From Lentisphaerota bacterium (GTDB taxonomy: Bacteria > Verrucomicrobiota > Kiritimatiellia > UBA8416 > JAUUYL01), in assembly GCA_030590485.1 (NCBI GenBank), contig JAUUYL010000005.1, forward strand, positions 6,084 to 70,083: a stretch of 64,000 bases of DNA, written 5' to 3'. The notes below the pieces were generated by a model, which was not told where the DNA came from, did no database searches, and saw only the letters and a list, made by a program, of their open reading frames with translations. The position numbers and the translations under genes were made by a program. Shown piece after piece: positions 1 to 7,833 of the stretch. How positions within the stretch are numbered: the stretch's first letter is position 1; the number at the start of each line of letters is the position of its first letter.

Positions 1-2
1 CG

Positions 3-269
3 TTGAAGCAGGCGGCTCATTATATGCGTCAGGCGAGGGATGCTATTGTGCAAAAACGTCCGTTGTACGAGATAGAAGAATTCAAGAAGCAGGCGTTGGC
101 TTCGCTCAAGCGTGCGGAGACACAGCTTGATGCCCGCGTAGACCTGACTTTGGACAGCGATATGGAAGTAATCTCTCTGGAAGACGTTCTCGATTCCGGC
201 TCAGATAACGCTCCAGAAAGATACAGAGATCTGGTTGCGGAATACTACAAGACGCTCAGCGAGGAGTAG
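3..269 (+). CDS. 3' end of a gene that starts left of the window; unknown function
   Basis: The frame is open from the window edge and ends with TAG at 267-269. The C-terminus is acidic and helical (...YRDLVAEYYKTLSEE). No family recognised. Confidence 0.5.
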   Translation: MKQAAHYMRQARDAIVQKRPLYEIEEFKKQALASLKRAETQLDARVDLTLDSDMEVISLEDVLDSGSDNAPERYRDLVAEYYKTLSEE

Positions 270-447
270 AGAGGTGTGAGGGGTCTGAAGAGAGTTCTGT
301 CAGTGATATCATGTTTAATGTTGCTGGCATGTTCCTGCGCAAGGCAGGAAGACCACACGGTAAAGCCACTTAATGAATGACCCGCCAGTCAGTTGCATGT
401 ATTTCTTAGAGGTCATGCCGGGACAAGTGAATGATGATTAATTAGAA

Positions 448-2901
448 ATGAGTACAGAGTGCAAAATAAAGAACCTTGCTGAGCTGAGGTTGGAGTGTGA
501 TCGGCTGGGGCTTGAGATGCCTCAGGAAGAAGATATTTCTGTCTTGTTTGAAGATGTTGACTTGGGTGGTGTAACGCTATCGAACAGATTCTGTGTTCAG
601 CCTATGGAGGGTGCTGACGCGGATATGGATGGCGCACCCGGGGAGCTGACTTTCAGGAGATACCGTCGTTATGCGAAAGGCGGGTTCGGGCTCATCTGGG
701 TGGAGGCGACGGCGGTGACAGGTGAAGCGCGCTCAAATCCCAGCCAGCTCATGTTGACGCGTGGCAATGTTGATGCGTTCAAGGACTTTATTTCTGCTGT
801 GCGTGAAGCCAGTGATGTTGATGTGAAACTGATCATTCAGTTGGCGCATGCGGGCAGGTTTACCAATCCTGAGGGCGTTCTTGATCCTGTGTCAGCGGTT
901 GGGGTTACGGACGAGTATCTTGATGAGATGCAAGGGTGGTATCTGGAAGCGGCGAGGCTGGCTGCGGAATCTGGTTTTGACGGAGTGGATGTGAAGAGCT
1001 GTCACAGCTGTCTGGTCTCCGAGCTGATGCATCTTGAGGGGCGTGAGGGGAAGTATGGCGGGTCGTTCGAGAACAGAACACGGTTTCTTGTTGAGACGGT
1101 CGCGAAGATACGGGCGGAGTTTCCGGAGATTCTGGTTACAACCCGTATGGGTGTGACTGATATACCTGAGAAGATCGATGAGGCTGTTAAGCTTGCGAAG
1201 GTATTGAAAGAGCAAGGCATGTCGCTTCTGAGTGTTTCTGTAGAAAATACTTATATATGTACTGATGTGGGGAAGGGTGATGTTGATGTTGACGAAGAAG
1301 ATGAGCCTCTGACGGTTCTTGCCCGGGTGATGGATGTGACGGGGAAGGTGCAGAAGGCTGTTTCGGGCGTGGCTGTTGTGGGCGGCTCATATAGTTGGTT
1401 CAAGCATTTAGGGCCGCAGGTGGCGGCTGGCATGATCAAGAGTGGTGCCGGAAGTATTGCAGGAATGGGGCGCGGTGCGTTGGCTTATCCTAATCTGGTG
1501 CGAGATGTTTTTGATAGAGGTGCGATGCGTCCTGCCGATTGTTGCATCACCTGTTCATCATGTATTCAGCTATTGCGTGATGGAGGTAAGGCTGGATGCG
1601 TTATAAAAGACAGTGATGTGTATGCGGGCGAATACCGGTATAGACGTCATTATTCTGCAGAGAACCTGAAGAAAGAAGCGGGACGGTGTCATGATTGTGC
1701 TAATGCGCCCTGCATTGAAGCTTGTCCGGCTCGTATAAATGTTCCCGGGTTCATTAAGGCGTTTGAGCGGGGTGATATGGCGGGGTCGTACGGGATATTG
1801 AGTGAATCGGACGTCTTGCCTGCGGTTTGTTCTGAGCTGTGTCCTGTTTCTATGATGTGTGAAGGGGCTTGCATAGAGACGCATCTCAGCGGGAGTGCGA
1901 TTCCCATACATGATATTCAATACGCGGTAAGTAGTGCGGCAATGCGGGCGGGCCTGGTTGGGGTGGATTTGCCTGACAGTAAGTCGGGCAAGACGATTGC
2001 TGTTGTCGGGGCTGGTCCGGCAGGCATAGCGGCGTCTGTAAAGTTGCTGGAAAAAGGGCATGAGGTAGTGATTTACGAGCGTGAGAAGCAGTTGGGTGGA
2101 ACACCCAGGATGATTATAGGTGCAAGGTGTTCGACAGCAGGTGTTGAGGCTGAGGCTATATTGCAGCCGGCACTGCGGGCTGGTGTTTTGCAGATTCGGT
2201 ATGGCGAGGAGCTTGGCGAGACGATTACTTTGGCTAAGCTGAGAGATGATTATGATGCCGTTTTATTGGCCATGGGATTATGGGCTGAACTGTCGCTTGA
2301 TGAGGATGTTGATTCAGATGCGGTAGTTGATGCGATAACGTTCTTAAAGAAGGCAAAAAACGGAGAATTGGTGACAGTTCCTTCACGTGTTGCCATACTC
2401 AGTGGTGGTGACTGTGCGATGGATTCGGCTGTTACGGCAAAAGAGCTGGGCGCCGAAGAGTTGTATATAGTTTATGGCGGGACGTTGTCGGAGATGCATT
2501 GGCATATGAACGACTCATGGTTTAGGACTGAAGGTGTGACATTTATGAATCTTACTGATCCTATTGGTTATGAGGTGGGGTCGGATGGAAAGCTGAAAGG
2601 GTTGCGGATAAACAGAGTGAGTTTTGGGTCCGCAAATCCGATTCCAGGCGGTGAAGATATTTTGGGTATTGATATGGTTATAGAGGCAATGGGCCTGGGT
2701 GTTGAGGAAAAACTCAAGGGTGAGCTTGATGAGATAGAATTTTCCGAGTATGATTTGATCAAGACGGTGGATGATAATCTCTTTGATACAGGTGTGGAAG
2801 GGGTGTTTGCCGCTGGTGGAGTGATCAATGGCGGCGCTTCGGTTGCGCAATGTGTAGCAGAAGGGATGAAAGCTGCCGCAGAAATACATGCTATGTTGTA
2901 A
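448..2901 (+). CDS. Fused flavoprotein: OYE-like FMN oxidoreductase (N-terminal) plus GltD/DPD-like Fe-S and FAD/NAD(P)-binding oxidoreductase (C-terminal)
   Basis: 817 aa. N-terminal half carries OYE-type motifs ('IIQLAHAGRF', 'GFDGVDVKS..', 'KYGGSFENRTRFLVE'). A Cys cluster 'CCITCSSC...AGC' follows. Then comes a GltD-type segment 'CHDCANAPCIEACPARINVPGFI...CPVSMMCEGACI' and the Rossmann motif 'IAVVGAGPAGIAAS'. Confidence 0.8.
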   Translation: MSTECKIKNLAELRLECDRLGLEMPQEEDISVLFEDVDLGGVTLSNRFCVQPMEGADADMDGAPGELTFRRYRRYAKGGFGLIWVEATAVTGEARSNPSQLMLTRGNVDAFKDFISAVREASDVDVKLIIQLAHAGRFTNPEGVLDPVSAVGVTDEYLDEMQGWYLEAARLAAESGFDGVDVKSCHSCLVSELMHLEGREGKYGGSFENRTRFLVETVAKIRAEFPEILVTTRMGVTDIPEKIDEAVKLAKVLKEQGMSLLSVSVENTYICTDVGKGDVDVDEEDEPLTVLARVMDVTGKVQKAVSGVAVVGGSYSWFKHLGPQVAAGMIKSGAGSIAGMGRGALAYPNLVRDVFDRGAMRPADCCITCSSCIQLLRDGGKAGCVIKDSDVYAGEYRYRRHYSAENLKKEAGRCHDCANAPCIEACPARINVPGFIKAFERGDMAGSYGILSESDVLPAVCSELCPVSMMCEGACIETHLSGSAIPIHDIQYAVSSAAMRAGLVGVDLPDSKSGKTIAVVGAGPAGIAASVKLLEKGHEVVIYEREKQLGGTPRMIIGARCSTAGVEAEAILQPALRAGVLQIRYGEELGETITLAKLRDDYDAVLLAMGLWAELSLDEDVDSDAVVDAITFLKKAKNGELVTVPSRVAILSGGDCAMDSAVTAKELGAEELYIVYGGTLSEMHWHMNDSWFRTEGVTFMNLTDPIGYEVGSDGKLKGLRINRVSFGSANPIPGGEDILGIDMVIEAMGLGVEEKLKGELDEIEFSEYDLIKTVDDNLFDTGVEGVFAAGGVINGGASVAQCVAEGMKAAAEIHAML

Positions 2902-2930
2902 CCTTATCGAAGTGAGAATACATTCATTAG

Positions 2931-2954
2931 AGTAAGAGTAAGAGTAAGAGTAAG
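2931..2954. repeat. Tandem hexanucleotide array (AGTAAG)x4
   Basis: Four perfect copies read directly from the sequence. The array lies in the 54-nt spacer between the flavoprotein stop (2901) and the ycaO-like start. Confidence 0.95.
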
Positions 2955-2955
2955 G

Positions 2956-4215
2956 GTGGGGTTGGATATGAAAATAGAGAGTTGTAAGAGGTTGCCGGGA
3001 GGCAAATCAGAGACGCCGGAAGATACTATTGCCCGGCTTGAGCCCATTATCTGGGGTATGCACGAATACCGCTATATAGATCAGAAGGTAGATGAGCACC
3101 TTTACTGGTCGGCGTTATTTGTTGATGAGTTGAATTTTCGTTCGATGGGGAAAGGCACGTCACCATTGTTCAGTAAGGCGGGAGCATTGGCAGAGGCGGC
3201 TGAATGGTTGACATCCACGGAATTGGGGATGCTGCCGGGTTATGTGACGGGGCATCAGGATGATATGACAGATCCGATGGAGATCGAGGAATTGATTTCG
3301 CATGTCGCTTCGGTAACGCCTGAGATCATCAAGCAGATAAAGGATGATGAAGTAGGCCAGCATTGGGTCGACGGATATTCCTTGATCGATAACAAGAAGG
3401 TAAAGGTGCCCATAGAATTTGTGCGACGTATAAGTGGTCCTAGTGGGCTTGCTGCGGGCAACCATAAGGAAGAGGCGATGGAGCATGCCATGGGCGAGGT
3501 ATTTGAGCGTCGGGCGCACATTACGGTACTTAGAAACAAGATGGTCATGCCGACAATCGATATAGATACGATTGATAATCCTCTTATCCAGGAGCATATC
3601 GCCTTTATTCGTGATCAGGGTATAGATGTTATTATAAAAGATCTTTCGTTTGGCGGGGAGCTTCCCTGTGTCGGTGCTTATTTTCTGGATCATAATATAC
3701 CGGAGGAGTTTCAGTTCCATCACTTCTTTAAGGTCGGTGCTTCGTATGACAAGGAAGAGGCTTTGATAAGGTGTTTTACGGAATATACGCAGGGCCGCAA
3801 TAGAGATGAATTCATAAAAAACGACAAGGCAGAGCAGGATAGGATCTTGTGCCATGATTTCCGGCGGATAAAATGCATGGAAGAAGATGAGGATAACTAC
3901 ATATCAGCATTTATGTTCGGGTTTGTTCCGAATCTGAAGGCCGATTATATGTGGGAAGGTGAAGTTGTCCCATTTGATAAAGGTGTCAGGTATGATGATT
4001 ATCTTGACGATATTAATCATTCTATTGAATTATTCAAGAAACTGGGGCGGGATTGCGTTATTGTGGATTATACTGATCCAAAGATAGGTTTTCCGGTTAT
4101 AGAGGTGATTTCGCCAGCATATTCGGACGTTTTGCCGTATCATCCTAAAGATAGTAATGTTTTGTTCAAGCACTGGAACCGTGATGACGGGATGAGTTCC
4201 TACAAAAGATGTTGA
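2956..4215 (+). CDS. YcaO-domain protein (short, stand-alone form)
   Basis: 'MGKGTSPLFSKAGALAEAAEWL' and 'GLAAGNHKEEAMEHAMGEVFERRA' match the two hallmark YcaO ATP/Mg-binding segments. The C-terminal tail is Pro-containing ('SDVLPYHPK'). Start may be GTG 2956 or ATG 2968. Confidence 0.8.
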   Translation: MGLDMKIESCKRLPGGKSETPEDTIARLEPIIWGMHEYRYIDQKVDEHLYWSALFVDELNFRSMGKGTSPLFSKAGALAEAAEWLTSTELGMLPGYVTGHQDDMTDPMEIEELISHVASVTPEIIKQIKDDEVGQHWVDGYSLIDNKKVKVPIEFVRRISGPSGLAAGNHKEEAMEHAMGEVFERRAHITVLRNKMVMPTIDIDTIDNPLIQEHIAFIRDQGIDVIIKDLSFGGELPCVGAYFLDHNIPEEFQFHHFFKVGASYDKEEALIRCFTEYTQGRNRDEFIKNDKAEQDRILCHDFRRIKCMEEDEDNYISAFMFGFVPNLKADYMWEGEVVPFDKGVRYDDYLDDINHSIELFKKLGRDCVIVDYTDPKIGFPVIEVISPAYSDVLPYHPKDSNVLFKHWNRDDGMSSYKRC

Positions 4216-4336
4216 TTTCTGTAACCTTTTGGCTGTCGGGCGACATTATAGGTATGAAAGCAGGAAAACAGACAAGAAAACGGTTGATTTTATTAGGAAT
4301 ATTGAGTAAGTAAGATATCAAATAAGGAGAAATAAA

Positions 4337-4597
4337 GTGAAAAGAAATTCAAGAATGGTTGGTCAGCTTCTTCTGGCTACATTGTGTACTGGTACAGTAT
4401 TGGCTGGTAGTGGTGCTGGCGAAGCAGGTTTTGTTGCGCCGCCAGCGGATAGAAAACTTCCGCCTCCTCCCCCTAGATCTGTAGCTTCGGCTGAGACGAT
4501 GATAGCATGCTGCTGTTGCCCTGTTACGCCTATGGCACAAACAGAAGCTAAAAAGCCGCCAATGCCGCCTGTTGCTATGACGAAGATCAAGCACTAG
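4337..4597 (+). CDS. Small secreted Pro-rich, Cys-cluster peptide (86 aa), unknown family
   Basis: GTG start lies 7 nt after the consensus SD AAGGAG (4324-4329). The N-terminus is Sec-like ('MKRNSRMVGQLLLATLCTGTVLAGSGA'). Downstream come 'PPPPP', 'ACCCCPVTP' and 'PPMPP'. A strong intrinsic terminator follows immediately. Confidence 0.6.
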   Translation: MKRNSRMVGQLLLATLCTGTVLAGSGAGEAGFVAPPADRKLPPPPPRSVASAETMIACCCCPVTPMAQTEAKKPPMPPVAMTKIKH

Positions 4598-4626
4598 AGG
4601 CGAATTGCGTTTCGATGTGAATTAAT

Positions 4627-4660
4627 ACGGACGGCGAGCATGCTCGCTGTCCGTTTTTTT
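4627..4660 (+). terminator. Rho-independent terminator
   Basis: ACGGACGGCGAG/CTCGCTGTCCGT forms a ~12-bp stem with one G-T pair around a CATG centre, followed by T7 (4654-4660). It overlaps the annotated ATG at 4640 of the next ORF, which argues for a later start of that gene. Confidence 0.85.
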
Positions 4661-4684
4661 ATCAAGTGGTTCCGGGGTGGGGGG

Positions 4685-7066
4685 ATGATGAGAAGATTTT
4701 TAATATTACAGAGTTCGTGTTTTGTTCTTTTATCTTCGGTGGTATTTGCTGAATGGCATGTTGCTGATGCCCCGCTCAGGGCTACTGTTGCCTTGCAGGG
4801 GAGTCCTTCACATTCAAGCGCTGGTCATATTCTGGTTATTCCTGATGGCGGTATATTGCCGGGCTCGAAGGTGGATATTGTTACAGGAGCCGGAGCCAAG
4901 CTGAAGAGCGCGCTTTTGTGGCATAGCCGTGCCAATGGATTGGTTGTTGTATTTGGTGGTGGTAGTAGTAGTGATAAGATTTATGCCTATATTTCATCGG
5001 GTAAGTCTCCAATATGGACACCGGCCTCCGGCTTGACACCCAGCCCGTATTTCGCTACGGACCCCACTATTGCTAATATTTCTGCGGCTAAGGCGTTGGC
5101 GGCTATGGGACCAGTGAAGCCGACGGTATATTTTGGCAAGATGCAGTCGTATTCTGTTAACCGGTTCTCTGCAGGTTACGTTGTGAATGATTTCTCAGGG
5201 CGGCCCGTTCCTTATTCGGTGTATGCGCTCACCCATCTTGCTATTAGTGAAGCAGGAAAAGTATTTTTCTCGCCTGAATTTGGGCCTGGCGCCAGTGCGG
5301 AGGTTCGAATCAATGGAAAAGTCATAGGCCGAAACAAGGTGCATTCTGCATGGGGCGGCGTTGGCGACCACGTTGATCTGACGAAGGGCGTACACATATG
5401 CGAAGTGTTTTATTCTTGTGCGAAACCGCCAGCAAAGCTGAAAGGTTCTGGGTATATGTTTTTGCGGATAAAGCTGCCTGGTGAGAAGTATAAAGACCTG
5501 GATGGTGTCTGGGGTGACAAACCTCCGCCGGGGTGCAAGAAGGGGGAGCCGCAGAGTGCCAGTCGCATAATCAGGTCCTCAGAGGTAGTCAAGTCCGGCA
5601 AGTGTAAGGTAAGGGGTTTTGAGCGCAAGAATGGCATGCCTGTTGCGAGTTTTTCAGTTACAGCGATGGAGAGTTGCTTTGGTCTGGCAGACGGACCACC
5701 TGCAATTGTTTATCAACTCAAAGCGAATGCGGAGGGTAATCCGGAAGATACGGTATATACATGGAAGTTTGCTGATGGTGGTCAGAGTGAAGGAACATCG
5801 GTGGTGCGGTTTTTTGATGGATTCAGGGAACATAAAGTCATGCTGATTGCCGAGTCCAAGACGGGCAAGTCGTCATGTGCAATTCCGTTCTATGGTTATA
5901 CGGATGTCTCGTCTAGTTTGGATAACTCCAGAAGCAGGAGCGCTTTTAGAAGTGCGTTTCTTGGAACTATCAGATCTTTCCCGTCTGACAAGGATGCTAC
6001 AGCAATGTGGAGTCCGAACATGTGGGCATGTTTCCATGCATCTCAGGAGCTTGGCAAAGGTGAAGCTTTGCTGGCTGATATTCTGACCAAGAGATGGAAG
6101 CAGTTCAAGGCCAGGATGACAGAGCATCAGCAGGAGATGCTGAAGATAAAATTCTTCCAGTTTATTTCTTACTTTAACACAGAAAAGGCATTCGCCTGGT
6201 TAAAGCAGGCTGAGCGGGCTACGCCGGATATGGAAGAGCGTAAGCTCATGAAGATCTGGATGGCTGAGGTTTACATGTATCAGCTCAATGATTTTGAGAA
6301 GGCAAAGCGGCTGTTGAAAGAAGTTGCCCGTAGCGGCAGAGGCAGTGATGCTGCGGCTTTTGCAAAGATCAGATTAGGCGATGTGGCCTTTCTGGAGCGT
6401 GACGTTAACATGGCAAACACGTACTGGGGTGCAGTTCAGAACAATGTTGATGTTAGCGAAGATTTACTTGGCGGCAAGACAGGTGGCAAGACGTTAAAGT
6501 TGGCGAGTGGGTTGAGAAAGCCGAAGTCGCGTGCAGAAAAAGAAGCTGAACGGAAAGCGGCCGCAAGAACGAAACAAAAGAATAAAGGCGGTTTTTCCAG
6601 TGCCATAAAGAGCGGAAATACTGGTGTACCAAGCTGGAGGCAAGCGGCGGTAATGGATACAACGATGGCAACGGAGGTCATCAGTCTCATGGAGCAAGGG
6701 TTCTGGGATGAAGCGTATGTGAATCTGCACCGCTGGGAACGGGCTTTTCCGCTTAGCAAGATGTCCGGCGATTATATTATTCAGGATGCGCTTTACTATG
6801 AGAAGACAGGGAATGTGAAGCGGGCGCGGGCTTTGCTTGTGGCGTATTGTGACAATGTTGAGGCCTCGGCATTTCTTGCTAATGCTGTTGGGAATCTTTT
6901 GTCACTTATGATTAATGCCAGAGACGAGGAGAAAGTGGTCAAGGAGTTTTGTGAAGTAATGAAGAAGCGGTTCGAATTTCATCCTCTTGCTGAACGTTTG
7001 AATGATATGTTAAGTATTTATGGAGCTGATGGTGTTAAGCGTGAATTTATCAAGGTGGAATTCTAG
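4685..7066 (+). CDS. Large secreted protein with C-terminal TPR-like helical repeats; unknown function
   Basis: Start moved to ATG 4685 ('MMRRFLILQSSCFVLLSSVVFA', signal-peptide-like) because 4640 lies inside the terminator hairpin. The C-terminal third has TPR-like helices and a Lys/Ala/Glu-rich segment. Confidence 0.7.
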   Translation: MMRRFLILQSSCFVLLSSVVFAEWHVADAPLRATVALQGSPSHSSAGHILVIPDGGILPGSKVDIVTGAGAKLKSALLWHSRANGLVVVFGGGSSSDKIYAYISSGKSPIWTPASGLTPSPYFATDPTIANISAAKALAAMGPVKPTVYFGKMQSYSVNRFSAGYVVNDFSGRPVPYSVYALTHLAISEAGKVFFSPEFGPGASAEVRINGKVIGRNKVHSAWGGVGDHVDLTKGVHICEVFYSCAKPPAKLKGSGYMFLRIKLPGEKYKDLDGVWGDKPPPGCKKGEPQSASRIIRSSEVVKSGKCKVRGFERKNGMPVASFSVTAMESCFGLADGPPAIVYQLKANAEGNPEDTVYTWKFADGGQSEGTSVVRFFDGFREHKVMLIAESKTGKSSCAIPFYGYTDVSSSLDNSRSRSAFRSAFLGTIRSFPSDKDATAMWSPNMWACFHASQELGKGEALLADILTKRWKQFKARMTEHQQEMLKIKFFQFISYFNTEKAFAWLKQAERATPDMEERKLMKIWMAEVYMYQLNDFEKAKRLLKEVARSGRGSDAAAFAKIRLGDVAFLERDVNMANTYWGAVQNNVDVSEDLLGGKTGGKTLKLASGLRKPKSRAEKEAERKAAARTKQKNKGGFSSAIKSGNTGVPSWRQAAVMDTTMATEVISLMEQGFWDEAYVNLHRWERAFPLSKMSGDYIIQDALYYEKTGNVKRARALLVAYCDNVEASAFLANAVGNLLSLMINARDEEKVVKEFCEVMKKRFEFHPLAERLNDMLSIYGADGVKREFIKVEF

Positions 7067-7076
7067 GAAGATTATT

Positions 7077-7799
7077 ATGAGTAAATGGAAAGCAATTTGG
7101 TTGGTGGCTTTGGCGGTGCTTGTTGTTGCAACGGTTCTTGTGCCTGTTGCGATGGGATTTAAAGATAGCGGGAATGCGAACGAGCGGATCTTTACGAAAA
7201 CTGTTCCTTCGGCTTCTGGCGGGATCAAGGGAACTATTGCAAGTCCTAATGAGCCAATCCAGAGGATAGTGGCTATGTGCTATGACAACACCAAGGCTTT
7301 GTATAAAGGCTCATTTGATAGCAACGGCAACTTCTCGTTTCATAATCTGCCAGCGGGTGTTTATGATTTGGTTGTGATATATCCGACATCCTGCTACGAA
7401 GGGCTTCAGCTGATGAGGCGGGGCGAGAGAAGCACGCTGACGAAGACGGATATGATAAAGGTCAATCATACTGTTGAGAAAGCAGAAAAATTCTGGCGTG
7501 TTAAGACAATCTTCCGTCTAGAGGGGACGACAGGTACGGGCAATGAATGCAGGGCATTTGTAAGGATGATGAAGGATAATGAAAGGAAACGGTGGAAATT
7601 TGTTTATAAATTGATGATCTTTAAGGATGTAGGACCCGGCTGGCAGGTGAAGAAGACTCGGGAGATATATTATCACTGGGTACCCCAAGCGCAAGAAGCT
7701 GTGTACCCTAAAGTATCTTTTTCTAAGGATATAAACCGTATACGCGTCTCTGATTATGTGAAGGATATAGGCAAGATATATTTAATAAAAGCTAATTGA
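7077..7799 (+). CDS. Membrane-anchored or secreted protein with a carboxypeptidase-regulatory-like (Ig-like beta-sandwich) segment
   Basis: ATG 7077 is preceded by AGGAAG (7064-7069). N-terminus 'MSKWKAIWLVALAVLVVATVLVPVAMG'. The segment 'GNFSFHNLPAGVYDLVV' is typical of CarboxypepD_reg-type domains. Confidence 0.6.
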   Translation: MSKWKAIWLVALAVLVVATVLVPVAMGFKDSGNANERIFTKTVPSASGGIKGTIASPNEPIQRIVAMCYDNTKALYKGSFDSNGNFSFHNLPAGVYDLVVIYPTSCYEGLQLMRRGERSTLTKTDMIKVNHTVEKAEKFWRVKTIFRLEGTTGTGNECRAFVRMMKDNERKRWKFVYKLMIFKDVGPGWQVKKTREIYYHWVPQAQEAVYPKVSFSKDINRIRVSDYVKDIGKIYLIKAN

Positions 7800-7833
7800 T
7801 ATTTTCAATCCGGCTTGATACATTGGAAACACT

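Noticed and set aside
332-350. Perfect 7-bp hairpin TTCCTGC-GCAAG-GCAGGAA downstream of the first partial gene
   Set aside because: No U-tract follows, and a 7-bp stem at this frequency can arise by chance. It is not reported as a terminator.
4254-4313. 19-codon mini-ORF (MKAGKQTRKRLILLGILSK) between ycaO and the peptide gene
   Set aside because: There is no convincing SD, it is very short, and its composition is unremarkable. I noted it only because leader or precursor peptides can be this small.
4363-4590. Minus-strand Gly-rich ORFs overlapping the small peptide gene (starting 'MIFVIATGGIGGFLASV...')
   Set aside because: The start is TTG with no SD. The strong SD and the downstream terminator both fit the plus-strand gene. 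It cannot be fully excluded without expression data.
4640-4684. Annotated ATG at 4640 as the start of the 808-aa ORF
   Set aside because: This ATG sits in the loop of the terminator hairpin. The first 15 codons are not signal-like, whereas ATG 4685 begins a typical signal peptide.
5302-5311. tRNA T-arm-like GGTTCGAATC
   Set aside because: It lies inside a well-supported coding frame. No acceptor, D or anticodon arms could be built around it.
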